From Anaerolineae bacterium (GTDB taxonomy: Bacteria; Chloroflexota; Anaerolineae; Aggregatilineales; Aggregatilineaceae): a stretch of 41,225 nt of DNA. Each line of letters begins with the position of its first letter. The stretch's first letter is position 1. The translations under genes and the position numbers were made by a program. The DNA lies in assembly GCA_018056405.1 (NCBI GenBank), contig JAGPFT010000001.1, forward strand, positions 1 through 41,225, read 5' to 3'. Below the pieces are notes generated by a model. It was not told the origin of the DNA. It searched no databases and saw nothing but the letters and a program-made list of their open reading frames with translations. Shown here piece by piece: positions 1-8,493 of the stretch.

Positions 1-90
1 GGGTTGGGGTGAGGGGGACAATTTTTCAAAGGGTCTCTCTGTTCTTCTCCGCGTCCTCGGCGGTTCCAGGACTCCCGCCCCCATCGTGAG
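1..90. repeat. Partial copy of the modular GC-rich intergenic repeat: G-tract tail, TTTTCAAAGGGTCTCT end motif and a ~60-nt module
   Basis: 31-90 aligns almost base for base with 28013-28071 (GGGTCTCTC.GTTCTTCTCC.CGTCCTC..GCG.TTC.AGGA.TC.CGCCCCCATCGTGAG). 1-17 (GGGTTGGGGTGAGGGGG) resembles the G-tails that follow the hairpins at 2459, 5265 and 29224. Confidence 0.7.
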
Positions 91-262
91 AGACACCCCT
101 CCGTCCCCTGGAGTTGCCCGCCGCCGTCATTCCAGGCACAATGATGGCAGCGCGGCGAACCGCTTCCACCGACGACACCACGCCCCGCCACCGCCACGCC
201 TGCTCTGTGCCAGAATTCGGCGGCAGCGCCCCAAGACTGCCGGCATACAGGAGATTGTCGAA

Positions 263-1804
263 ATGGCTGATTTACTACTGGGCATTGACGTAGGAACCAC
301 AGCGGCCAAAGCTGCGTTGATTGGCCAGGAGGGGCGGGTCGAAGCCGTTCACCAGGCCGGCTACCGGACGCATTATCTGAAGCCAGGGTGGGTTGAGCAA
401 CATCCTGAACACTGGTGGGACGCAGTATGCACGGCGGTGCAAGCAGTTCTCGCTCAGACGCCCGGTGCGCCTGAGCGCGTGGCTGGTTTGGCGGTTAGTT
501 CGCAAGCCCCTGCCCTGATCGCGCTCGATCAGCAGGGACAGGTGCTACGCCCTGCCCTGATCTGGATGGATCGGCGGGCCGAGGCAGAGGCCCGGCAGCT
601 CAAGGAAACCCTCGGTTTTGACCGCGTGTTCCAGATCACGGGCAACCGTCCAGACCCTTACTTCCTGGCAGCGAAGACTCTGTGGTTCAGGAACCACGAG
701 CCGCACCTGTTGGCCCAGACGCACCAGTTCGTCCAGGTGAATGGCTACATCAACTATCGCCTGACTGGGCAGTATGCGGTTGATCCCACACACGCTGCGC
801 TGATGCAGCTAGGGCATCGCGACAGCGGCGAATGGTCGGCGGAGATGTGCGAAGCGTGCGGCATAGACCCGGCTCAACTGCCGGCGTGCTGCCCTGCCCA
901 CCATGTGCTGGGAGAGGTCACTGCCAGCGCAGCGCAGGCGACAGGCTTGCGTCCGGGCACGCCGGTGATGGTGGGCATGATTGACGCGGTAGCGGCGGCT
1001 CTGGAGGCCGGCGTTACAGATACGGGAACCGCCGCCGAAATGACCGGAACCTCAACCGTTCTCATGATTCCGAACAAAAGCGACATGGCCGAGCCGAGCC
1101 TGATCGCCATTCCCCATGTGATTCCCGATGCCCATCTACTGGTGGGGGCCATCGTCGCATCGGGGGCGAGCCTCAACTGGTATTGCGAGCAGTTCGGCCT
1201 GATCGAACAGCAGGCCAGCGTCCTGCTGGATGCTGACGTATTTGATCTGCTGACACAGCAAGCTGCCAGGGTCTCGCCAGGGAGCGATGGGGTCATCTTT
1301 CTACCCTATATGATGGGCGAGCGATCCCCGCTGTGGCACACCAACGCCAGGGGCGTGTTGTTCGGGCTGTCTCTTGCGACATCGCGGGGCGCGATCATCC
1401 GGGCCATTCTGGAAGGCACGGCCTTGGCGATGCTGCACAACATTCAGACGGCGAAAGAGGCCGGAGTGACCGTGAAGGAACTGCGATCCGTCGGGGGTGG
1501 AACGCGCAGCGCCCTCTGGAACCAGATCAAGGCCGATATCCTGGGCATCCCGATTCAGTTGCCAGAAGCGCCTATCGGCGCGCCCTTCGGCGATGCCATG
1601 CTGGTCGGCATGGGCCTTGGGTTATTTCCCGATCTTCTGGACACATTGAAGCAGATCGTCCAGATCAAGACGGTGTACCAGCCCAATCCTGAGCACCACG
1701 CAGCATACCAGGCGATTTTCCACCTGTTCCGGAATCTGTACGCGCATCTCCGAGAGGACTTTGACGACGCTGCGTCCATCTACGCGACTGCGAGCACTTC
1801 ATAG
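263..1804 (+). CDS. FGGY-family carbohydrate kinase (xylulokinase/gluconokinase-like; substrate unknown)
   Basis: Part of ORF 86..1804. Motifs: LLLGIDVGTTAAKAALIG (actin-fold phosphate-1), GWVEQHPEHWW, C-terminal GGGTRSALWNQIKADILG. Start moved to ATG 263, with AGGAG at 249-253. The 86-262 extension is Arg/Pro/His-rich and begins inside a repeat. Confidence 0.85.
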   Translation: MADLLLGIDVGTTAAKAALIGQEGRVEAVHQAGYRTHYLKPGWVEQHPEHWWDAVCTAVQAVLAQTPGAPERVAGLAVSSQAPALIALDQQGQVLRPALIWMDRRAEAEARQLKETLGFDRVFQITGNRPDPYFLAAKTLWFRNHEPHLLAQTHQFVQVNGYINYRLTGQYAVDPTHAALMQLGHRDSGEWSAEMCEACGIDPAQLPACCPAHHVLGEVTASAAQATGLRPGTPVMVGMIDAVAAALEAGVTDTGTAAEMTGTSTVLMIPNKSDMAEPSLIAIPHVIPDAHLLVGAIVASGASLNWYCEQFGLIEQQASVLLDADVFDLLTQQAARVSPGSDGVIFLPYMMGERSPLWHTNARGVLFGLSLATSRGAIIRAILEGTALAMLHNIQTAKEAGVTVKELRSVGGGTRSALWNQIKADILGIPIQLPEAPIGAPFGDAMLVGMGLGLFPDLLDTLKQIVQIKTVYQPNPEHHAAYQAIFHLFRNLYAHLREDFDDAASIYATASTS

Positions 1805-1987
1805 ACCCTCACCGGGAGGTCTCCACTCAAGTAGCCCAGGACCCGACCCTCGTCGTCGCGCGGAGAGCAAAAAACATTCCACAACTTCCTGGAGGACATT
1901 ATCGCTCACAGTGGCGCGCGGTTTCGCCGCCGCTGAGGGTGATCGCCCTGTTCGCCGCGACCCGCCTGCCAGAGTCCATAACAGGCC

Positions 1988-2266
1988 TTAGCCCTGCCCC
2001 CGCGCTACCAGGTACTGCTCGACCCGCGCCAGCAACGCGCGCATGTACGCCGTCAGCGCCGGAATTGACTCGGCGGCTTCCAGCGAGATCGCTTCCAGGC
2101 GGGGGTCGTCCGCGATGACGCGCGCCCAGCCCTCCACTGCGCCAAGCGGCCCGCGCAACTCGCCAGCGACGATCTCCAGCAGCTCGTGCGGCTCCAGCGA
2201 TGCCGGGAACTCCGGCAAGGAGGGCATGTCGCTGGCGTGCCCGCCCGTCCGATCCCTCTCAGCCAT
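1988..2266 (-). CDS. Small hypothetical protein with a HisKA-like helix that lacks the phospho-acceptor His
   Basis: Part of ORF 1988..2377. ATG at 2266 has GGAGAGGA about 9 nt upstream. ELLEIVAGELRGPLGAVEGWARVI resembles the histidine-kinase dimerisation motif (S-H-E-L-R-T-P-L) with Gly in place of His. The opposite-strand ORF is Ser/Ala/Arg junk. Confidence 0.35.
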   Translation of the reverse strand: MAERDRTGGHASDMPSLPEFPASLEPHELLEIVAGELRGPLGAVEGWARVIADDPRLEAISLEAAESIPALTAYMRALLARVEQYLVARGQG

Positions 2267-2458
2267 GCGCTCTGCGTCCTCTCCCCGCAAACCCGCACCT
2301 CTCCGCCAGTGTAGTGTGCCGCTGGCAAGAAGGCAAGCATTCGTGCGAATATCTGGGTAGGGAACCTGAAGCGCCATTTTGAGCTTCCCTGGCCGGCGCC
2401 AGCCGCATCGGCAATCAGTACCTCCGGGGCCATGTTGCGCCGCTGGTACTCACCATCT

Positions 2459-2506
2459 CCCTTCCCCCTCGTGGGGGAAGGGCGGGGGATGGGGGCAGAG
2501 GCAGGG
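2459..2506 (+). repeat. Hairpin plus G-tract repeat unit (CCCTTCCCCC-tcgt-GGGGGAAGGG, then CGGGGGATGGGGG)
   Basis: Perfect 10-bp stem 2459-2468/2473-2482 followed by G runs. Flanked by CCATTTTGAGCTTC (2374-2387) and GCTTCTCAAAC (2512-2522), which resemble the inverted ends of the element at 20005-20152. Confidence 0.75.
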
Positions 2507-2601
2507 ATAAGGCTTCTCAAACAACCGCTCAGGTATCCCGTTCAAAGTCAGGGGGGAGTGCCGTGCATGAGGGCACTTGTGCGCCCTGGCTAACACTAAC
2601 C

Positions 2602-2630
2602 CTGGAACTGTCTGGGACGTGTGGTAAAAT
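2602..2630 (+). promoter_or_regulatory. Candidate promoter with extended -10 (TGgTAAAAT) for the CBM48 gene
   Basis: TG at 2622-2623 and TAAAAT at 2625-2630, about 37 nt upstream of ATG 2667. The -35 is weak (CTGGAA region, 2602-2607). Confidence 0.3.
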
Positions 2631-2666
2631 CGGCGGCGCAAGCCCGTATGCACAAGGAGTAGCAGG

Positions 2667-2975
2667 ATGTTCACAAAGCGTTTTCTCAAAAGCGGCAAAG
2701 TGAAGGTGGAGTTCACGCTCCCTGATTCCATCGCCGCCAACGCCGAGAGTGCGTACCTGGTGGGCGACTTCAACAATTGGGACGAGGCCGCCACCCCCAT
2801 GACGCGCTACAAAAACGGCAAGTTCAAGGTCTCGCTGGACCTGGAACCCAACCGCGAGTACCAGTTCCGCTACCTGGTCAATGGCAGCCATTGGCACAAT
2901 GACTGGGACGCCGATCGCTACGTCGCCAACCCGTTCAGCGGCGACAACTCAGTGGTTAACACCAGCCCCGACTAA
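2667..2975 (+). CDS. Stand-alone glycogen/starch-binding domain protein (CBM48, AMPK-beta-like, early-set domain)
   Basis: 102 aa. KVKVEFTLP...AYLVGDFNNWD...GKFKVSLDLEPNREYQFRYLVNGSHWHNDW is the CBM48/E-set pattern. AAGGAG lies upstream at 2654-2659. Confidence 0.75.
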   Translation: MFTKRFLKSGKVKVEFTLPDSIAANAESAYLVGDFNNWDEAATPMTRYKNGKFKVSLDLEPNREYQFRYLVNGSHWHNDWDADRYVANPFSGDNSVVNTSPD

Positions 2976-3131
2976 CGGCCACACTGCATTGCTGACACAT
3001 GACAGCGGGCGCACCGCTGCACCTCACCCTTGCCCGCGCGGTGCGCTCCTCATTCTGACGCTTCGCCGCCCGTACCTGCACGTGCCGGACGGGCGGCGGT
3101 TCGCTACAATTAGCTTTGCGCGGAGTCCTGA

Positions 3132-5141
3132 ATGATCCACTTCGGTCGTGAAACGCTCGACGCGCTCCTGCGCCGCGAATGGCTCGTCACCAACGGCCTC
3201 GGCGGCTATGCCCTGGGGTCGCTGGCAGGGGCGCGCACGCGCCGTTACCACAGCCTGCTCACCGCTTCGCTCCAGCCGCCCACCCACCGCACTGTGCTCG
3301 TCGCCGATCTCGACACCTGGGTGGAAATTGACGGGCGTCGCTCGCCCCTGGTGACCCACGAATGGGCAGCGGGGGTGGTGCTGCCGGACGGCTACCGTCA
3401 CCTGGAGAGCTTCCACCTGGAGGGGACCATTCCCGTCTTCGTGTGGGGGCTGGGCGATGTGCGCCTGGTGCAGCGCATCTGGATGGCGCACGGCCAGAAC
3501 ACAACCTACGTCACGTATTCTTACGTGCGCGGCAGCGCGCACCTCAAGCTGGTCATCAAGCCGCTGTGCACCTACCGCGATCACCACAAGCTGACCAAAG
3601 GCGGCTACCCGGTGGAGGTGACGCCCCTTCCTGCGCCCTGCTTGTGCGGGGCGGGTGTGCGCGTCATCCAGCACCCGGATCGCAACGACAACGAGGGCAG
3701 CACCCTGCGTATCTTCACCAACCAGGGGGCCATTGTCCCCGATTCCGAGTGGTGGTGGTCTTTTCATCTCTCCGAAGAAAAGCGGCGCGGCCTGGGCGAC
3801 CAGGAAGACCTCTTCGCCGCAGCTTCCCTCACCGCCGAGCTAGACCGGGGCAGCACCCTGGCCCTTGTCTTCACCGCCGAAGAAGACGATCCCGCACCCT
3901 GGCACGATGCCCTGCTCGCCGAACAGCAGCGCCAGGACGCTCTGCTCGCCAGGGCCGGTCTGGACGACGCCCCCGCCTGGATTCGCCAGCTTGCCCTGGC
4001 CGCCGACCAGTTTCTCGTCACGCGCGATATAGAGGGTCAGCCGGGCAAGAGCATCCTGGCCGGCTACCCCTGGTTCAGCGATTGGGGCCGCGACACCATG
4101 ATCGCCCTGCCCGGCCTGACCCTGGCCATCGGGCGCGTCGAGGAGAGCGCCGAGATTCTGCGCACCTATGCTTGCTGCGTGGATCAGGGGATGCTGCCCA
4201 ACCGCTTCCCCGACGCCGGCAGCACGCCCGAATACAACACGGTAGACGCCACGCTGTGGTATTTCCAGGCGATCTACGCGCACTACCAGGCGGCCGGCCC
4301 CGCCGATTCGCTCTTCCAGGACTTATACCCCGTGCTGGCCGACATCCTGCGCTGGCACATTGAGGGGACGCGCTATAACATTCGCATGGACCCGGCGGAC
4401 GGCTTGCTCTTCGCAGGAGAGCCTGACCTGCAGCTCACCTGGATGGACGCCAAGATTGACGACTGGGTGGTGACGCCGCGCGTCGGCAAGGCCGTGGAGA
4501 TCAACGCGCTGTGGGTCAACGCCCTGCGCATCACCGCTGAGCTGGCCACCGCCCTGGGGCGCGACGAGGATGCCGCCCAGTACGCCGCCCTCGCCGACCG
4601 CGCTCAAGAGAGTTTCGCCCGGCGTTTCTGGTACAATGGAGGCTACCTGTACGATGTGGTGGACGGGCCAGATGGTGACGACCCCACGCTGCGCCCCAAC
4701 CAGATTTTCGCCGTCGCGCTGCCTTTCCCGCTGCTGGAAGGCGAGCGCGCGCAGGCTGTGGTAGACATTTGCGCGCGCGAATTGCTGGTCTCCTACGGGC
4801 TGCGCAGTCTGGCCCCCGACGAAAGCGAATACGCCGGGCATTATGGCGGCGATCCCTTGCAGCGCGACAGCGCCTACCACCAGGGCACGGCCTGGGCCTG
4901 GCTGCTGGGGCCGTTTGTCATCGCTCATTACCGCGTCTACGGCAAGGCCCGCACGGCGTTCAGTTACCTGGAACCGCTGGCCGACCATCTGGCCGATCAA
5001 GGGCTGGGCACGCTCGGCGAAATCTTCGACGGCGATCCGCCTCACCAGCCGCGCGGGGCGGTCGCCCAGGCATGGAGCGTGGCCGAAACGTTGCGCGCCT
5101 ATCGCGTCCTGGAGCCAGGCTTGAAGGCTGGCAAGAGTTAG
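3132..5141 (+). CDS. Glycogen debranching enzyme, amylo-alpha-1,6-glucosidase (GDE_C) type with N-terminal GDE domain
   Basis: 669 aa. Motifs: GYPWFSDWGRDTMIALPGL, LQLTWMDAK, GHYGGDPLQRDSAYHQGTAWAWLLGPF, GEIFDGDPPHQPRGAVAQAWSVAE. Confidence 0.85.
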   Translation: MIHFGRETLDALLRREWLVTNGLGGYALGSLAGARTRRYHSLLTASLQPPTHRTVLVADLDTWVEIDGRRSPLVTHEWAAGVVLPDGYRHLESFHLEGTIPVFVWGLGDVRLVQRIWMAHGQNTTYVTYSYVRGSAHLKLVIKPLCTYRDHHKLTKGGYPVEVTPLPAPCLCGAGVRVIQHPDRNDNEGSTLRIFTNQGAIVPDSEWWWSFHLSEEKRRGLGDQEDLFAAASLTAELDRGSTLALVFTAEEDDPAPWHDALLAEQQRQDALLARAGLDDAPAWIRQLALAADQFLVTRDIEGQPGKSILAGYPWFSDWGRDTMIALPGLTLAIGRVEESAEILRTYACCVDQGMLPNRFPDAGSTPEYNTVDATLWYFQAIYAHYQAAGPADSLFQDLYPVLADILRWHIEGTRYNIRMDPADGLLFAGEPDLQLTWMDAKIDDWVVTPRVGKAVEINALWVNALRITAELATALGRDEDAAQYAALADRAQESFARRFWYNGGYLYDVVDGPDGDDPTLRPNQIFAVALPFPLLEGERAQAVVDICARELLVSYGLRSLAPDESEYAGHYGGDPLQRDSAYHQGTAWAWLLGPFVIAHYRVYGKARTAFSYLEPLADHLADQGLGTLGEIFDGDPPHQPRGAVAQAWSVAETLRAYRVLEPGLKAGKS

Positions 5142-5214
5142 CTGGAATCTTGGGTCTGCAAGCGACCCGTGACTAGGGGAAGGTCGAGGATACTCGCTGA
5201 ACGCTTCTCCCTTG

Positions 5215-5307
5215 ATCCCCCCTCCAGCCGAGCTAGAGGGGGGATGATTTGGCAGACGGTTCTTCCCTTCTCCTAGCTTGGCTGGGGGAAGGGTCGGGGG
5301 ATAGGGG
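5215..5307 (+). repeat. Two adjacent hairpin repeat units, the second with a G-tract tail
   Basis: Perfect 10-bp stem ATCCCCCCTC / GAGGGGGGAT (5215-5224 / 5236-5245). Then CCCTTCTCC...GGGGGAAGGG (5265-5293) followed by TCGGGGGATAGGGG. Confidence 0.7.
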
Positions 5308-5376
5308 CTTGCCGGTCACTGTCTGACAACTTACTTGTGAACCCCGGAGTCTTGAGGGATTGCCTGAGGGACTTCT

Positions 5377-6003
5377 ATGACTGATGAGTCGTATCCAGTA
5401 CCCGGCTCCGCCCCGCCATCCAGCCGCGCATACCGGCTGATGCTGGGCGGAACGGTGCTGCTCTTCCTGGGCATGCTGACCGCCGCCATGCTGCTCATCC
5501 TCCTGGCCAACGCGCAGGAAGCCGGCCAGGAGTCCGATTTTGCGGCCACACTGACCGCGCTGGCCCCCGGTATGTACTTCGTCCAGTCCGACTTCGCGCC
5601 GTCGCCGGAGCCGGGCGTGGCGCTGATCAGCGGGCAGTATCCCTTCGCCCCAAGCGACGACTCGCCCCGCTTCGGCCCTGGCAACTCATGCGCCGAGCAG
5701 GTCGTCACCGGCAGCATCCTGGACAGCAATGGTCAGCCCACCGACGCCCTGACCGTGCTGGCCTGGGGTGATTATGTGGCCCCGCGCCTGTTGCTCACCG
5801 GCGAGATCGCCGGTCACGAGGCCGGTCACTGGCAGTTGGCCGTTGCAGGGGGCATTAACCGGCGGGTATGGGTACAGGTGACGGCAACGGGGCGCTACCT
5901 GTCCGCGCCGGTCGAGATTGTCTTCAGCGCCGAGGACTGCGACCGCACGCTGGCTACGGTCATCTTCGAGCAGCGCGATTCGCTGGACAACGCTGCTCCC
6001 TGA
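5377..6003 (+). CDS. Hypothetical membrane-anchored protein (single N-terminal TM, extracytoplasmic domain)
   Basis: 208 aa. Hydrophobic segment LMLGGTVLLFLGMLTAAMLLILLA. No recognisable catalytic motif. The opposite-strand ORFs look like shadows. Confidence 0.5.
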   Translation: MTDESYPVPGSAPPSSRAYRLMLGGTVLLFLGMLTAAMLLILLANAQEAGQESDFAATLTALAPGMYFVQSDFAPSPEPGVALISGQYPFAPSDDSPRFGPGNSCAEQVVTGSILDSNGQPTDALTVLAWGDYVAPRLLLTGEIAGHEAGHWQLAVAGGINRRVWVQVTATGRYLSAPVEIVFSAEDCDRTLATVIFEQRDSLDNAAP

Positions 6004-6077
6004 GCCAGACGGCAGAAACAAAAACGGGGCGCGCCCTGGGCGCACCCCGCTGCCGCCTCCACGCCAAGCGGTTCGCG

Positions 6078-7343
6078 TCACCGGGCCAGGCGATAGCTCA
6101 CGCGCGAGTTCGCAGGAATGACACCGCTCGGAAACTCAGCCGCGACTTCGTCCGCACGCAGATCAACGCCAAGCACACACCCCCGCTCAACGGTGAACCT
6201 CGGCGGGACGGTCGAGTTCTTGCCGATGCAGGCAATGGCCAGGTCGCCGAGCACAGTGATCTCGCCCACGTGCGCGCCCTGCCCCACGACAACCCCCTTG
6301 TCAATCACCGCGCGCTCGATGACGGCATCGCGCTCGATGTAGCTGTCGGTCAGGATCACGCTGTCGCGCACGACGGCGTTCGGACCGACGAAGACGCCGG
6401 GCGACAGCACGCTGCGCACCACGCGCGCGCCGGCGCAGATGATCGAGCCGTCGGTGATCATGCTGTCCTCGACGATCGCGCCCCTGTCAATGCGCACAGG
6501 CGGGCGCTCTTCAGAGCGCGTGTGAATGATCCACGAGCGGTCGTTGAGGTCCAGCGACGGTGGCGAACCCAACAAGTCCATGTGCGCTTCCCAATAAGCG
6601 TCAATCGTCCCCACATCAATCCAGTAGCCGCCGAAGGGGAAGGCCATCACCTTCATGCCCAGCTCCATCATGCGCGGGATGATGTTGTAGCCGAAGTCAT
6701 GGCGCGAATCCGTCCGCGCCGCATCCTCGCGCAGCAAGCCTTCCAGCACGTCGAGCTTGAAAACATAGACGCCCATATTCGCCAGATCGCCAGGCGGATC
6801 GAGCGGCTTTTCCACGAAGTCTACGATACGGTTGTGCTCGTCTACGGCCATGATTCCATAGCGCGGCGCTTCGTCGAGAGGGACGCGGATCACGCACACG
6901 GTCGCGTCGGCTTCCTGCGCCTCGTGGTACTTGATCAGCATGTCGTAGTCCATCTCGTAGATATGATCGCCAGAGAGGATGAGGATATTGCGCGCCCCCC
7001 CGCGCCGGATGAAGTTAATGTTCTGGGTGACCGCGTCCGCCGTGCCCGCGTACCAGTCGGTATCCTGGCGGCCCTGGAACGGCTGCAGAAGCCGCACTCC
7101 GCCAGTAAACGAGCGGTCGAGATCCCAGGGACGACCCAGGCCGATATGCTCGTTGAGGCTATGCGGGCGGTATTGGGTAAGCACCAGCACATCGAAGAGG
7201 CCAGAATTGACGCAATTGCTCAGCGCGAAATCAATGATGCGATATTTTCCCGCAAAAGGCACCGCCGGCTTGGCACGCTTGGCAGTGAGCACCCCCAGGC
7301 GACTCCCTTCCCCTCCAGCCAGAATCACGGCTCGCGTTCGCAT
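6078..7343 (-). CDS. glgC: Glucose-1-phosphate adenylyltransferase (ADP-glucose pyrophosphorylase)
   Basis: 421 aa. [50 protein letters not shown], a C-terminal left-handed beta-helix repeat region. GAGGAG lies 10 nt upstream of ATG 7343. Confidence 0.92.
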   Translation of the reverse strand: MRTRAVILAGGEGSRLGVLTAKRAKPAVPFAGKYRIIDFALSNCVNSGLFDVLVLTQYRPHSLNEHIGLGRPWDLDRSFTGGVRLLQPFQGRQDTDWYAGTADAVTQNINFIRRGGARNILILSGDHIYEMDYDMLIKYHEAQEADATVCVIRVPLDEAPRYGIMAVDEHNRIVDFVEKPLDPPGDLANMGVYVFKLDVLEGLLREDAARTDSRHDFGYNIIPRMMELGMKVMAFPFGGYWIDVGTIDAYWEAHMDLLGSPPSLDLNDRSWIIHTRSEERPPVRIDRGAIVEDSMITDGSIICAGARVVRSVLSPGVFVGPNAVVRDSVILTDSYIERDAVIERAVIDKGVVVGQGAHVGEITVLGDLAIACIGKNSTVPPRFTVERGCVLGVDLRADEVAAEFPSGVIPANSRVSYRLAR

Positions 7344-7486
7344 GACCAGTCGCTCCTCGTTGCGCAGAAATCCGCCCTTGCACCAGGCATCTTGGCCCCA
7401 TCACCAACCGCTGACAGTGCGCCCTCGCAGGCGACGGCAGTCGGTTGCCTTCAGTATAACACGCGCAGGTGGGGACGTGCACACCG

Positions 7487-7978
7487 TCAAGCACGCGGCG
7501 CGGGGACATACAGGGTGTCATAGACCCAGTTGACGACCTGCATGGCGTGCCGGTGCCGACGCCACCACAGCCGCGCCGCCAGCAGACCGATCCCGGCCAC
7601 GACCAGCAACCACAGCAGCATCGTCCCCCAGGCACCGCGCACCCCGGACTCCAGGGCCGCCAGCGACAGCAGCAAGGCCACGAACGCCAGGCCGTACACC
7701 CAATGCCCGGCCCGGCGCGCACTCGTCTCGACGACGGTGCCCCAGACCCACGTCCCGCGCGCCACTGCTTCCAGCGTTCCCCAAAAGGCAATCGTCTGCG
7801 CCGCTCCGTCGTCCACCGTGCGACGCAGAGCGAAGCTGCCATCTTCCAGGAGGGAGACGCGCTGGCCGCTTTCGGCAGCGCAGCGCCGCAGGCACTCCTG
7901 ACACTCCTCGACGCTCATGGCCGTCACGAAATCCACGCTCAGAAACTTGAGCCGACGCCCACGCTCGCCCTCACTCAT
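7487..7978 (-). CDS. Hypothetical two-TM membrane protein, paralog 3 of a tandem triplet
   Basis: The ATG at 7978 overlaps the upstream stop as [34 protein letters not shown]..., [21 protein letters not shown], two hydrophobic helices, C-terminal [13 protein letters not shown]. Same architecture as 7975..8493 and 8490..9023. Confidence 0.6.
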   Translation of the reverse strand: MSEGERGRRLKFLSVDFVTAMSVEECQECLRRCAAESGQRVSLLEDGSFALRRTVDDGAAQTIAFWGTLEAVARGTWVWGTVVETSARRAGHWVYGLAFVALLLSLAALESGVRGAWGTMLLWLLVVAGIGLLAARLWWRRHRHAMQVVNWVYDTLYVPAPRA

Positions 7979-8493
7979 GGTGACTCCCGACTCTGACCCG
8001 GCTCCCCCGTCACCATCAGCCGCGCCACCACCCAATGGGCCAGATCATGCGCCTGGCGGTTGAGCAACTTCTGAAAATAGACGTAGTAGGTGGCAAACAG
8101 CACCAGCAGAATCACCGAGAGAACCGCTACAAACGGCACGGCCAGGGCAATGCCCAGCACGGCGAATACGGACGTGATCAGCCCTGGCACAGTGAGCAGC
8201 GTTTCCAGCGTGCTGTTGCGCACAACCTGGCCCACGACACGAGTGCCCGCGTCTTCGGGGCCAAGCACCCCCTCAAAGCGCAACAACCACAGTCCTGGCA
8301 TTCCTTCAGTGGGGCGTTGCTGCCAACCCGTCTCGACCAGCACACGGTCGCCCTGCACGCGCACGTAAAGCTGCTGCCCGCCGAAGCGGAGCGGCCCATG
8401 CGTCAGAGAGTGGAGGCACTCGTCCCAGGCGAGCGCCGTCACAAACTCAACGACTACGGCGTCGCCCGCCGGCGGGTAGCGCAGCGCAGTCAC
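7975..8493 (-). CDS. Hypothetical two-TM membrane protein, paralog 2 of a tandem triplet
   Basis: The GTG start overlaps the upstream stop as GTGA (8490-8493). VVVEFVTALAWDECLHSL, LRFEGVLGPEDAGTRVVGQVV, two TM helices, C-terminal AHDLAHWVVARLM. Confidence 0.6.
   Translation of the reverse strand: MTALRYPPAGDAVVVEFVTALAWDECLHSLTHGPLRFGGQQLYVRVQGDRVLVETGWQQRPTEGMPGLWLLRFEGVLGPEDAGTRVVGQVVRNSTLETLLTVPGLITSVFAVLGIALAVPFVAVLSVILLVLFATYYVYFQKLLNRQAHDLAHWVVARLMVTGEPGQSRESP

Noticed and set aside
86-262. N-terminal 59-aa extension of the first FGGY kinase ORF
   Set aside because: It starts at a GTG inside a repeat copy and is Arg/Pro/His-rich. The conserved kinase N-terminus (LLLGIDVGTT) follows ATG 263, which has an AGGAG ribosome-binding site.
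7344-7486. Promoter for glgC (TATACT on the minus strand, from AGTATA at 7453-7458, with TTGACG further upstream)
   Set aside because: The spacing between the two hexamers is about 26 nt, too long for a sigma70-type promoter. glgC may instead be co-transcribed with the paralog triplet, so no promoter is reported as a feature.
5868-7523. 551-aa ORF on the plus strand
   Set aside because: It lies exactly antisense to an unmistakable glgC. The translation is Arg/Ala/His/Asp-rich with no motifs. This is a typical high-GC shadow ORF.
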